A stretch of DNA of 40,111 nucleotides, taken from IMG/VR virus record IMGVR_UViG_3300048080_000413, positions 1 through 40,111 of that record; one strand, given 5' to 3'. This DNA is from a virus. Lineage: Duplodnaviria; Caudoviricetes. Below the pieces are notes generated by a model. It had not been told where the DNA came from, searched no databases, and saw only the letters and a list, made by a program, of their open reading frames with translations. A program made the position numbers and the translations under genes. Shown here piece after piece: positions 7,966 through 17,304 of the stretch (its first letter is position 1; every line of letters begins with the position of its first letter).

Positions 7966-10667
7966 AGGTCTCGCTCCATCTGCTTGGCCTTGACGGTTCT
8001 GAATCTCATCCTAGCAGCCTTGACGCCAGTGGACTCGGGCTCGCGCGATGCGGTGTAGGTTCGGGCGGTGGCGATGGCCGCCACGTCCGGTGCCTGGGGA
8101 GTCGGCAGCGCGGCTCGCTGAACAGTGGGAGCCACGACGTCGGCCGGAGGGCGCATGGTAATGAGCGACCGCTTCTGGGCGGCCACCTCGGCTTGGCGCT
8201 GGTGGACGCCAAAGACGGCGTCGTCAGCCGGAAGGAAGTCGAACGCTCGACGCCCCTTCGGAATCTTGGACTCCTCGTCCTCGGGCCCGTCCATCTCGAT
8301 ACCCTGTCGGCGCGCGAACTCCTTGATGGAGCCGAGCGGATCGCGCAGGATGTCTCCAAAGGACGGCATCTCCTGCTTCTCGACCACAGAGCCGCGGATG
8401 AAGTCGTTGTTGGCCTGACCTCGGCGACGAGCCTCGATGGCCGCATCCGATCGGGAGCCTCCGTACTTCACGCGAGACCGGTGGATGCCCTTCTTCGCCT
8501 CGTCCATCTTCGACCAGTACATGCCGTCATACGAAGGGTCGTCCCACATACCGTCGGCGGGTCCGTTAGAGACCTCGCCGGCGGTGTTGCGGAATCCGTA
8601 ATCAGTCGGAATGATCCCGCCCTGGCGGACCTGATTCGAGACGTACGCCTGCGCGTCCTTCCGGCTCATGCCGTAGAAGGGCATGAATACGGAGCCGGCG
8701 CTGGTGCCGTAGTGGAGGTCGAGTTTCTTGTCGTCACCCACCAGGATGCCGCCAGTGACGGGGTCCTGCTCGGCGAGGGCCGGAGGCTGGCGGGACGCGA
8801 GACGCGTCTCGGGGTCGATGAACCAGCGGCCACCGTCGGGGGTGTCGATCGCCTGGACCTGCGACTCGCGCTCCACTCGCCCGCCGACCACGAGCCGGTT
8901 GACGGCCCGGAGGCCGCCGTTGGCCGCGATCCAACTGGAGGGGAGGTAGTCGCCCTTCTTGAACTTGGCACCATTGGCCTCGAAGTCGGAGGACGCCTTG
9001 TACGCGAGGAAGCGCGGATCGTTGACCGGAACGGGTTCGGCCCACACGGTCACGACCCGGCCGCCGATCTTCGTCATGGTCTGCACCAGGCCGCCGGTCT
9101 CGACGCCCTTCGGCGCGAGTTGCTGCGTGACGAGACCGCCATCGTGGGGGACGTCGCGGAACTCGGCCTCGACAAGGTGGGTCCCGTTCCCGTCCTGAAC
9201 GTGGACGAAGCGGGGGCCCTGGTAGTTCGGGTCGTCGGCGAACTGGGTCCCGAGGACCTGGTCGTGGGTCTCCAGGATGCCGGTGATCGGCCGGGCCCCG
9301 TTGGACCCGTCGTCGCCCTCGACCATCTTCAGAACGTCGGCCTTGTCGATCTGCCCCTCACCGCCGGAGACGGTGTCGACGAAGTCCTGGATCAGGAGAT
9401 TCCTCTGCATCGGATCGAGCATGGGGTTCGACATCTCGCCGAAGAAGTTCTTCCACGACTCAGCCTGGCGGAACATGTCGCCGCTCACCTGGAGTTCGTC
9501 AGGCAGCGCCTGGGTCCAGTGGACGCGGCCGGCCCTGCCTGACTCGGCGCTCTCGGTGGCACCCCGGGCGTCGATGGTGCCCCTATAGGCTTCCTGGAGA
9601 CCGCGGCCCCCCATGCCCTGGAGGGTACCGTCCTCGAAGGAGGACCACTGCTTGGCGATGTCCTTGTAGACCTGGAGCCTGGCGTTGGGATCAGCCATGT
9701 CGCCGGCTGCGGCCACCCGCTCTGCGGTCGACTGGGCCAGCGCGTCGTAGACCGGCTGAACGCGATCGGTGTTGTGCTGCATCATCGGGCCGTTGATGTA
9801 GGTCTGCTTCGCCGCGCGCGCCTTCTGGGCAGCCTCGAAGCCGTCGGTCGTCCCGAACGCCTCGTTGTAGGCGACGATCTGATCCTCGGTGCGGAGGTAC
9901 TGGCGATCGAGTTCGGTCAGCATGTCCGGCGTGACGGGGATGTCCCAGGCGGTGTACGGATCGTGGAACGTCTTTAGACTCGGATCGGCCCTCTGCTGAT
10001 CCATGAGGATGTCGATGCGGCGGATGTCGCTGAAGAGGTTGTTCAGGTAGTCCTCGCCATCGGCGTAGCCAACGATGGCGTTGGCCGGGTTGATGATGTC
10101 CTCGCCGTTGACGTCGAAAGCGAACCCGTCAGGGTGCGCGTCGAGCACACCCTGGGCCGCCTTGATGCCTGCTCGGCCACGAGCGGAGTCCTTGCTGCCC
10201 CCACCGCCACCAGAGCCGGAGCCACTGCGGATGGCATCCTGAATCTGAGCGTAGCGCGAGGCGTAGTCGCGCCACTTCGGGCTGTTGGTCTCGACGCCCT
10301 TCATCTGGCGCGAGTAGTGCGCCATCAAGCCGGCGAGGCTCAACTTGCCCATGGAGTAGTTCGCCTCCATCTGGGAATCGAGGATCGCGCCCTCGTGGTC
10401 GCGCAGGGCGTCACTCCACCGCTGATGATCCTCGGGATCGCCGGCGGAGTCGGCCACCTTCTGGCGCAGGAAGGCCAGCCACTCCTCGTCGCTGATCTGC
10501 CCGTTCTTCCACTGGTTGTAGACCTCGGCCGCCTTGGCCTCCGCCTCAGACTCGGCGCGCTGGACGCCCTCCTGCTGCGCGTTGACCAGACGGTTCTCCA
10601 TCTGGTTCGCCATACCGGAGAAGACGGACGAGTAGTCGCCGCCCCCACCCCACTGCGCTCGGGGCAT
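7962..10667 (-). CDS. Putative internal virion/ejection protein (901 aa)
   Basis: Gly-rich N-terminus, helical Gln/Ala-rich region and poly-Gly linker; coupled to portal and to the giant protein. Confidence 0.55.
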   Translation of the reverse strand: MPRAQWGGGGDYSSVFSGMANQMENRLVNAQQEGVQRAESEAEAKAAEVYNQWKNGQISDEEWLAFLRQKVADSAGDPEDHQRWSDALRDHEGAILDSQMEANYSMGKLSLAGLMAHYSRQMKGVETNSPKWRDYASRYAQIQDAIRSGSGSGGGGGSKDSARGRAGIKAAQGVLDAHPDGFAFDVNGEDIINPANAIVGYADGEDYLNNLFSDIRRIDILMDQQRADPSLKTFHDPYTAWDIPVTPDMLTELDRQYLRTEDQIVAYNEAFGTTDGFEAAQKARAAKQTYINGPMMQHNTDRVQPVYDALAQSTAERVAAAGDMADPNARLQVYKDIAKQWSSFEDGTLQGMGGRGLQEAYRGTIDARGATESAESGRAGRVHWTQALPDELQVSGDMFRQAESWKNFFGEMSNPMLDPMQRNLLIQDFVDTVSGGEGQIDKADVLKMVEGDDGSNGARPITGILETHDQVLGTQFADDPNYQGPRFVHVQDGNGTHLVEAEFRDVPHDGGLVTQQLAPKGVETGGLVQTMTKIGGRVVTVWAEPVPVNDPRFLAYKASSDFEANGAKFKKGDYLPSSWIAANGGLRAVNRLVVGGRVERESQVQAIDTPDGGRWFIDPETRLASRQPPALAEQDPVTGGILVGDDKKLDLHYGTSAGSVFMPFYGMSRKDAQAYVSNQVRQGGIIPTDYGFRNTAGEVSNGPADGMWDDPSYDGMYWSKMDEAKKGIHRSRVKYGGSRSDAAIEARRRGQANNDFIRGSVVEKQEMPSFGDILRDPLGSIKEFARRQGIEMDGPEDEESKIPKGRRAFDFLPADDAVFGVHQRQAEVAAQKRSLITMRPPADVVAPTVQRAALPTPQAPDVAAIATARTYTASREPESTGVKAARMRFRTVKAKQMERDL

Positions 10668-12649
10668 TAGACGCTCCTCTTCGGAAGGACGATCTGTGAG
10701 AGGGCCTGACTCTGACCGCTAGGGGTCTGCCGGACCATGGGCTCGAAGGTGGCCCCGATCCCACCCCCAGGGACGGAGGCCCCCGGCGGTGGAGCGCCAC
10801 CGATGCCGGTGGCCGGTGAGTTCTGATCCTCCATGCCCGACGGGGCCGCGGCCTGCGCGGCCGCCTGGCCCTGCGCCTCGGCGCCGGCGCCCTCCTGGAT
10901 GGCGGCCTCCGGACTCGGGGCGCCCTGCTGCGCGGCAGCCTGGGCCTCGATGGCCTGAAGAGTCGCGAGGACCGCGGCGAACTGCTGCACTGCGGCAGGG
11001 TTCAGACGCGGGTTGGAGAGTTCCTTCAGAAGGATCGCGAGATTCTCCTCCGGGGACTCGATCCCGATCTCGTCCATCGCCACGATCCGCGGCATCAGGT
11101 TGCCGTTGACCTTGTTGAGGACGTCGTTCGTGCGCTCGACAGAGTCGCGCGGCGTGATCTCGGGACCCTGAATCTTCCAGTGGGTGAAGCCCTTCAGGAA
11201 GTCCCCGACCTTGACCTCCTGGGATGCGATCTCAGGCGTCTCCGCGGGGGTGCTGGCCTCGGGGGCCACTCCGACAGTGACCGTCAGGTCCTTCTTCTCG
11301 ATCATGTAGCCCCAGATGAGGAGCAACTGGCGGATCGAGGCGTATAGCCTCTTGCGCTTCGGGTCGAGTCGGTTCTGCGCGGCCTCGATCTGAGTAGCCA
11401 GCACGCGTGCGGAGTCGACGGACGCCGCGGCGTTGCCGAACATGATCTCGGAGATGCCGGTGATCCGGTGGGCAGTGCTCCACACCTCATGCACCAGAGA
11501 CTGGGCAGGGTACTGGTTGATGTTCTTCTCGATCTTCTCGATCCGGTTGCCGGGTCCGGGGGCCACGACCTGCCCCGCCTTCGGGACAATGCCGGCCAGG
11601 TTCGAGTCGTCGGCGTCAGCGCCGGTCAACTGCCAGGCGGGCTCCGTGTCGTCGGCGACGACCTGGGTCCAGAGGGAGAGGACGACGTTGAGCACCATCT
11701 GGAGGTCCAGGAGCAACTCGGCGGTGCTCATGCCCTCCGGGCTGCCGGGCTCGTGGTCAGACTCGGACACGATGTACGGGATGACCGGGAACTCCGGGTG
11801 CTCGACCACAGCCTGGGCGAGTTTGCCCTGGACGAGTTGAGCGTTGCAGATCAGGCCCTCGCGGTTCTTGTACCAGTAGTCCCAGATGGTGACGTGCTTC
11901 TGGGTGTACTGGCTCTCGGTGTACCGTCGCAGGTACGAGGAGCGCGTGTTCAGGTTGGTGACGTCGCCCTGGGGACCCATGTTGTCGACCGGGTTGGCGT
12001 GGTCGCCGCCGCGGTGGGTGACGACGAGTTCAGCATCGCGCCCCTTCGTGAAGTCGATCTCGATCTCCGGGTACTGAAGAGCCGCCTCCAGGGGACTCAA
12101 CTTGTACTCGTACATCGCCCAGTCCATGGTGCTGAAGTCCGAGGCGCCCCACCCGATGATGAGGTTCTGCGGCTGCTCGATCAGGCTGACAGCCGGTCGG
12201 CCGGGCTTGATGGAGTCGTCCCAGAAGACACGAAGCGCACCGCGGCCATAGAGGGACCGAGTGCGCGACCAGTCTCCGAGGAGGACCTCGAAGTCGTTGT
12301 CGTCCAGGAAGAAGGAGTACAACTTCTCAGCCGTCTCCGCCTTCTGGCGAGACTCCTTGTTCTCGACGGGGGGCTTGTTGGTGATCTTCGGCATGAGCCC
12401 CAGGATGCGGGACTCGATGTCGACAAAGGCCTTCACGATGTTGGCCGTGATATGGAACTTGTTCAGGCGCTTGATACGATCCTCGGGCCACTGATCTCCG
12501 CCCGGCGGGGCGTAGAACTTGTGAACTCGGTCGTAGAAGCGCGATCGACGTGCAGCGTCATCAGACGCCTGGGAGTGTCGGAACCGCGCGAGCGTCTCCA
12601 CTTCGAGGTCCGAGAGGACCGCTGCGTATGATCCGGGCTCTTCAGCCAT
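10667..12649 (-). CDS. Portal protein
   Basis: Follows terL; NIVKAFVD...PKI...AETAEKL...SLYGRGALRVFWD pattern; Ala/Gln/Pro-rich tail; ATG at 12649 with AAGGA RBS (track start 12667). Confidence 0.8.
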   Translation of the reverse strand: MAEEPGSYAAVLSDLEVETLARFRHSQASDDAARRSRFYDRVHKFYAPPGGDQWPEDRIKRLNKFHITANIVKAFVDIESRILGLMPKITNKPPVENKESRQKAETAEKLYSFFLDDNDFEVLLGDWSRTRSLYGRGALRVFWDDSIKPGRPAVSLIEQPQNLIIGWGASDFSTMDWAMYEYKLSPLEAALQYPEIEIDFTKGRDAELVVTHRGGDHANPVDNMGPQGDVTNLNTRSSYLRRYTESQYTQKHVTIWDYWYKNREGLICNAQLVQGKLAQAVVEHPEFPVIPYIVSESDHEPGSPEGMSTAELLLDLQMVLNVVLSLWTQVVADDTEPAWQLTGADADDSNLAGIVPKAGQVVAPGPGNRIEKIEKNINQYPAQSLVHEVWSTAHRITGISEIMFGNAAASVDSARVLATQIEAAQNRLDPKRKRLYASIRQLLLIWGYMIEKKDLTVTVGVAPEASTPAETPEIASQEVKVGDFLKGFTHWKIQGPEITPRDSVERTNDVLNKVNGNLMPRIVAMDEIGIESPEENLAILLKELSNPRLNPAAVQQFAAVLATLQAIEAQAAAQQGAPSPEAAIQEGAGAEAQGQAAAQAAAPSGMEDQNSPATGIGGAPPPGASVPGGGIGATFEPMVRQTPSGQSQALSQIVLPKRSV

Positions 12650-12657
12650 TGGGTTCC

Positions 12658-14163
12658 TTACCGCCACACGGGCGCGCTGTACGATGGGTCAAAGGTTCGC
12701 TCCTTGGTCATGCCGATCTGGCTCCTGGAGGCGACGTGCGCTGCGCCGGCGAGGGCCATGACGCAGTCCTGGACGAGGTTCTTGTCTTCGAGTCGGTAGG
12801 AGAGGACCTCACGACGGAGCCTGAGCCAGGTCGCCGGCAAGATCAGACGGCCGAACATAGCAGCCCGCAGGTCGGTAAGGGCGTCCATCTTCACGTGGCC
12901 CGCGAAGTTCACCGGCCGCCGAGGCGCCATCCGGCGCAACTGCTGCTTGATGATGAGGCCCCCCATGCTGGTCGCGTCGAATCCCGTGGTACAGGTGCTC
13001 CGCGACGTCTTCGTGCGGACTCCGTTCCACCGGCTGTGGACCTTGGTCATCTCCGCCACCAGAGCGTCGAAGCCCATCGGGGTTTCCCATCGTTGGAAGT
13101 AGACTCCTTGCCAGTTGGGCCCAGTGATGTCGATGACGACCAGGACGGTCGGGTCGTTCCCGACGCTCGGGTCCCAGAAAGCGACGTACCGGCGGCCGGC
13201 GCGAGGCTCCTGGTTCTCCGGGATCGCCCGGAAGGTCTTCATGATCCGATCCTGCGGCACGAAGAAGGCGTCGGTCGGGTTCAGGAACGCGCCTCTCAGC
13301 GACTGCTCCTTGGACTCGTCGATCGAGCCCTCCATGTAGTCGACCTGCTCCTGGGTCAGGCCGTACCCGACGTTGTCCTGCACGTGAGACCAGACGAGCG
13401 CCTTGCGCTCCTTCGGGTCCGGCGCCTCCCACATCCGGGGATGCGGCCTGTGCGTGAAGACGTTGAGGATGTCGGTGACGATCTCGTACCAGTCGTTGAT
13501 TCCGTCCGGCGTCGAGACCATCCAGATCGGTCCGCCGGTCGAGATGACTCGCAACTTCAGGACCTGGTTGAGCACGACCTTCAGGTTGTTCTCCTGGGCC
13601 GCCTCGTCAACGGAGCACCCGTTGGCGCGTACGCCGTGGATGGCGCTCGCGCGATCCTCGCTGGTTCGGAAGTGAATCTGGGAGCCGTTCCAGAGGAGGA
13701 AGCCCGGGTAATACTTGTCGAACTTCACCTCGACAGCCAGGCCGTCGAGCCAGCGGAATGGGCGCCTCTCGCCAGTGTCCTTGTCGTACTGCGCCGGGTG
13801 GGCCCCCTTGACGAGGAGCGCCATGTCCTGGCGGACGAAGTCTGCCTGCCCCTGGGACGGAGCCAGGTGGTACCACTTGTAGGGGCTGTTGAGCCAGTAG
13901 TCCCAGTTGCGGTTGTCGGTTCCGATCTTGTTGTGAGCCGCCCAGAGGAGGGCGATCGCGAGACCGAGCGTCTTACCGATCTGGTTCGCCGCCACGTGGG
14001 CAACGATGCGGTAGGCCCAGGACCAGCCGTCGGGGGCCTGGGCCAGGAGGTAGAACCACCGCTTCTGCGCCGGGTTCAGCCTGACGCCGAGAATCTCCTC
14101 GGCGAAGTAGACCAGGTTGCGGCCCGCCCGAAGCGGACCGAGCGTCCGCTCCAGGTCGTTCAA
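12658..14163 (-). CDS. terL: Terminase large subunit
   Basis: Walker A-like ANQIGKT, Walker B SVDEA, motif III VSTP, nuclease FWDPS...D and QDCVMALA. Confidence 0.92.
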   Translation of the reverse strand: MNDLERTLGPLRAGRNLVYFAEEILGVRLNPAQKRWFYLLAQAPDGWSWAYRIVAHVAANQIGKTLGLAIALLWAAHNKIGTDNRNWDYWLNSPYKWYHLAPSQGQADFVRQDMALLVKGAHPAQYDKDTGERRPFRWLDGLAVEVKFDKYYPGFLLWNGSQIHFRTSEDRASAIHGVRANGCSVDEAAQENNLKVVLNQVLKLRVISTGGPIWMVSTPDGINDWYEIVTDILNVFTHRPHPRMWEAPDPKERKALVWSHVQDNVGYGLTQEQVDYMEGSIDESKEQSLRGAFLNPTDAFFVPQDRIMKTFRAIPENQEPRAGRRYVAFWDPSVGNDPTVLVVIDITGPNWQGVYFQRWETPMGFDALVAEMTKVHSRWNGVRTKTSRSTCTTGFDATSMGGLIIKQQLRRMAPRRPVNFAGHVKMDALTDLRAAMFGRLILPATWLRLRREVLSYRLEDKNLVQDCVMALAGAAHVASRSQIGMTKERTFDPSYSAPVWR

Positions 14164-14384
14164 TGCGGGACTACGATCCCGTAGTAGTCCCTTTCGAGGA
14201 CCTCGGACGCGTACACCTCGTCGGCACGTCGCTGGAGTTCATCCTTCTGGGCGTCGGTCACGCCGAGCGCGGCGATCTCCGGGTCCCAACGGGCGGCCTG
14301 GATGTTGTTGTCCGGCGGATGGACGATGCTCAGGGCCTGGCCGAAGGGCTCGGCACCGCGGAAGAAGGAGCCGCTGCGAGCCAT
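14160..14384 (-). CDS. Hypothetical protein (74 aa)
   Basis: Stop/start overlaps with both neighbours. Confidence 0.6.
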   Translation of the reverse strand: MARSGSFFRGAEPFGQALSIVHPPDNNIQAARWDPEIAALGVTDAQKDELQRRADEVYASEVLERDYYGIVVPH

Positions 14385-14800
14385 CAGTTCAGAGCCCGCC
14401 AGTTAGCGAGGACACCCAGATGCTCGTCCGCGATCGCCTTGAAGAAGCCGAGCGCCGTGTCGACATCCGCGCTGTGCCGGTTGTCCCTCTCGTCCTGCAA
14501 CCAGACCGACAGGGGGCAGAAGGCGTTGGTCTTCACGATGTCGCCCACGTGGCGCTTGTGCGGGTTGGGGGAGACCATGAGGAAGACCGCCTGCGCCGGC
14601 AGGCGCTTGATGAGCGAACCCTGGTCCTCCTGAAGCATCTGCCTCGGCTGGACGTAGGTAGCGATCTGCATGTCATCCCCGAGTTCCGGGTGGAGAGCCA
14701 GGAGTTTCTCCCTGATCTTCTCCACCCGCGAGTTGGTGAGGAGGGTGTCGTACTGAGCCAGCGACCGACTGATGTCAGGCGCCTTCACCATGCGCGCCAA
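14384..14800 (-). CDS. Hypothetical protein (138 aa)
   Basis: In-operon spacing and GC3-rich codons. Confidence 0.65.
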   Translation of the reverse strand: MARMVKAPDISRSLAQYDTLLTNSRVEKIREKLLALHPELGDDMQIATYVQPRQMLQEDQGSLIKRLPAQAVFLMVSPNPHKRHVGDIVKTNAFCPLSVWLQDERDNRHSADVDTALGFFKAIADEHLGVLANWRALN

Positions 14801-14802
14801 GG

Positions 14803-15306
14803 CTAGACCTCGGGGCTGTTCTGCTCGAAGACGTTCTCGGTGGCGACCGGCAGAGCCATCGGATCGAGGACCTGCTCGGGCTCCGGGTTCAGTTGGGTGA
14901 CCGGGATCGGAGACGCGGCCGCGACATCGTCGTCCTCCAGGTCGATGTCGACCTCGATGCGGGGCTTGGCAGAGGCTGCGGCAGACTCGGCGCGGATCAG
15001 GGCGTTGGGCCCGTCGTACTCGCGGAGAATCTCGCCGTTGTCGGAGCGCGCGACGGCGAACCCGTCAGTGGCCGCGATCAGTTCATCCGAGACGAAGATG
15101 TCACGCGGGTGATCGTTGGCGACGAACCCCTGCTTGAACCAGGGCATCGACTTCTCCTGCAAGTGCGGGAGCAGGTCGGTCTCGCCGATGATCTCCAGGA
15201 CCGCCGGGTCGAGACGACCCTTGTCGATCTTGCGGAGAACGATGATGTCGCGGGCGAAGATCGAGGTGTCCTCGACGTGCCGGCCCGAGAAGTCTCTGAG
15301 GGTCAT
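14803..15306 (-). CDS. Hypothetical protein (167 aa, acidic C-terminus)
   Basis: GGAAGGA RBS; ATGA overlap with upstream gene. Confidence 0.65.
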   Translation of the reverse strand: MTLRDFSGRHVEDTSIFARDIIVLRKIDKGRLDPAVLEIIGETDLLPHLQEKSMPWFKQGFVANDHPRDIFVSDELIAATDGFAVARSDNGEILREYDGPNALIRAESAAASAKPRIEVDIDLEDDDVAAASPIPVTQLNPEPEQVLDPMALPVATENVFEQNSPEV

Positions 15307-15815
15307 GCTGTTCCTTCCTCTGCGGGTAGTTCCCGCCAGTTGCCTTGAATCACCTCGCCGGTGGTGAGTTCCTCCGGCTTCTGCTGCGACATGAACTTCG
15401 CGAGCAGGATGATGACGTTATCCGATCCGAGTTTCTTCGCCTCCAGGGCGGTAGCCGCCTTGATGGCGTGGTCGACGGTGACCTCGTCCGGGTTCTCCAT
15501 GGCACGCTTCATGCCGATGTCCCGGATCATCTCCAGGACCCCCTGATTCGTCTTCGGCTGGATGGCCGGCGACTCCTGGGCTGCCTTCGCGTGCGTGATG
15601 AGTGGATGCGTGATGTGCTTGACGTGCTCGTACCAGGTCTGTCGGGTGAACGTCAGGCCGGGTACCAGTTCGAGCGCGAACTCCTGCGCCTTCGCCGCAT
15701 TGAACGTACTCCTGCCCTTCGCGTCGAGGGGCGCAGAGGCCACCTTCGCGTTCAGGAACTCCGCCGCCTTGCTGTCACAGACCTTGCAGTATCCCGGCTT
15801 CCCCTGGCCGGCCAT
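15303..15815 (-). CDS. Putative terminase small subunit (CxxC plus helical domain, 170 aa)
   Basis: Start MAGQGKPGYCKVC at 15815 (TGATG overlap); CxxC...H.KH; upstream of terL; function inferred from position. Confidence 0.45.
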   Translation of the reverse strand: MAGQGKPGYCKVCDSKAAEFLNAKVASAPLDAKGRSTFNAAKAQEFALELVPGLTFTRQTWYEHVKHITHPLITHAKAAQESPAIQPKTNQGVLEMIRDIGMKRAMENPDEVTVDHAIKAATALEAKKLGSDNVIILLAKFMSQQKPEELTTGEVIQGNWRELPAEEGTA

Positions 15816-16465
15816 CAGTACGCTGTCGCCTGGTGGCCGCCGACCCTTCGCGGTGCGGGGGCCGGAGCCCTCTCCGTCACCCTCATGGCGACGGTCTGTC
15901 GGTTGGCGATGAGTTTCCGGTTGTACTTCAGGCGCGCGATCCAGGCGTCCAGCGCCTGCTGGTTGAGGAGCGCGTACGCCGGCGGGGTGCCGGCGACCCC
16001 TGCCTTCTTCATAGACACGGCGGCCTGCGAAGCAGTAAGGGGTCGAGGGCTCGCGTTGACGTACGGCTGAGTTCGGGCCGCCTCGTTGGCCTGCATCACC
16101 CTCGCCCTGTTGGCGTTCCCCTGTCGCACCGCAGCGGATGCCGCCGCGTTGCCGACAGGGGTAGGTGCGCTGGTCCGAGCCGCCACCGGTGCGGGTCTCG
16201 CTGCCGCCGGCCTGGCTGCCGGCTTGGTTGCTGGCTTGGCCGCGGGCTTGGGAGTCGTGACCTGCTGCTTCTTCCACCAGGCGACGACCGCCTGAGCCGC
16301 CCTCTTGCGGAGGACGGAGTCACTCTGCCCCCGAACCTGACCAGACTTCAGCCCGTACTCGGAGTAGACCTTGTTCAGGTCCTCCATCTTGACGGGCTTG
16401 ATCGAGGAGGCACGCTGGTACCCCGCGATCAGGTCTGCCTGGTCAACGGGCGCCTGGGAGATCAT
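15815..16465 (-). CDS. Basic Ala/Pro/Lys-repeat protein (216 aa)
   Basis: PKPAAKPATKPAARPAAARPAP low-complexity repeat; coupled to next gene. Confidence 0.6.
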   Translation of the reverse strand: MISQAPVDQADLIAGYQRASSIKPVKMEDLNKVYSEYGLKSGQVRGQSDSVLRKRAAQAVVAWWKKQQVTTPKPAAKPATKPAARPAAARPAPVAARTSAPTPVGNAAASAAVRQGNANRARVMQANEAARTQPYVNASPRPLTASQAAVSMKKAGVAGTPPAYALLNQQALDAWIARLKYNRKLIANRQTVAMRVTERAPAPAPRRVGGHQATAY

Positions 16466-16469
16466 GGGT

Positions 16470-16757
16470 TCAGGTCGACTTCTTGATCTTGGTGCCGATC
16501 TGCTTGAAGAGGTTGTCCTGGGGGGCGACCTGACCGAAGAAGTCGCGAATCACCTGTCCCGGGTCGAATCCCGACTCCTGCTTCGGCTTCGCAGCCTGAG
16601 TCCGATTCGGACCCGCCAGCATCCCGGTGCGCTTCGAGTAGAGACCGCCACCCGGGCCGACGACCAGGCCCTTGCGCGCGAGCCGCGCGCTGCGACTCAC
16701 CTTGTTCCGGGCTCCGGTCGCCCGATTGCCCTTGACGTACTTCTGAGGGGTTGCCAC
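16470..16757 (-). CDS. Small basic protein (95 aa)
   Basis: K/R-rich; TAGTG overlap with upstream gene. Confidence 0.55.
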   Translation of the reverse strand: MATPQKYVKGNRATGARNKVSRSARLARKGLVVGPGGGLYSKRTGMLAGPNRTQAAKPKQESGFDPGQVIRDFFGQVAPQDNLFKQIGTKIKKST

Positions 16758-17023
16758 TACCGCTTCCTTTCGAGGGTCTTCAGACCCGCCTTCTTCATCA
16801 TCCTCATTCGCCTCATGCCGGCCTTCGACGGCAGGAAGTCCTTACCAGGCATGTGGGGCTCCTGGTTGCCGATATTCACCCGCTGGCCGCGGGTAGAGCG
16901 GGAGCCAATCACCTTGCGGCGGGCGCCCTTCGGCAGATTGCGCTTGTACGACGCAGTGCCGATACCTTGGTCGGGCATCGGCTTCTTCTTCATGCGTCGG
17001 ACGCCCTTGGCGGGACCTGGCAT
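16757..17023 (-). CDS. Very basic small protein (88 aa)
   Basis: About 30% K+R; AAGGAG RBS; TAATG overlap. Confidence 0.6.
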   Translation of the reverse strand: MPGPAKGVRRMKKKPMPDQGIGTASYKRNLPKGARRKVIGSRSTRGQRVNIGNQEPHMPGKDFLPSKAGMRRMRMMKKAGLKTLERKR

Positions 17024-17196
17024 TACTTCTTCTCCTTGGGGATCATGCGGTGGACCTGCTCCATCCCCGTGGCCTCTGCCGGGCGGTGGTCGGAGTGGTA
17101 GATGTAGGTGCCTTCGATGATGACGAACTCCTCGTTCGGGCCGATCGGCTGCTTGCAGTCGTGGCAGTCCCAGTGGAGGTCGTACTCGTGTGGCAT
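17023..17196 (-). CDS. Small zinc-finger-like protein (57 aa; not in ORF track)
   Basis: MPHEYDLHWDCHDCKQPIGPNEEFVIIEGTYIYHSDH...KEKK; RBS GAGAGGAAGAGG; CxxC...HxxH. Confidence 0.65.
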   Translation of the reverse strand: MPHEYDLHWDCHDCKQPIGPNEEFVIIEGTYIYHSDHRPAEATGMEQVHRMIPKEKK

Positions 17197-17216
17197 CCTC
17201 TTCCTCTCGTCGCTGT

Positions 17217-17304
17217 TGGTGGAGATGCCCGCTTCTCAGCGGGGTTCCCGATCGCGTAGCCCCTCGTCGCCGAGGGAGGTCACGGGTCGACTTGCTGCAT
17301 CCCC
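17217..17304 (-). ncRNA. tmRNA-like tRNA-like domain (alanine acceptor) without mRNA-like domain, 88 nt
   Basis: GGGGAUG/CAUCUCC acceptor stem with G3-U70, discriminator A and encoded CCA; stemless D-loop ending UCGA; long arm capped by GCGA; AAC linker; T-arm CCCGC-UGAGAA-GCGGG. Confidence 0.7.
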
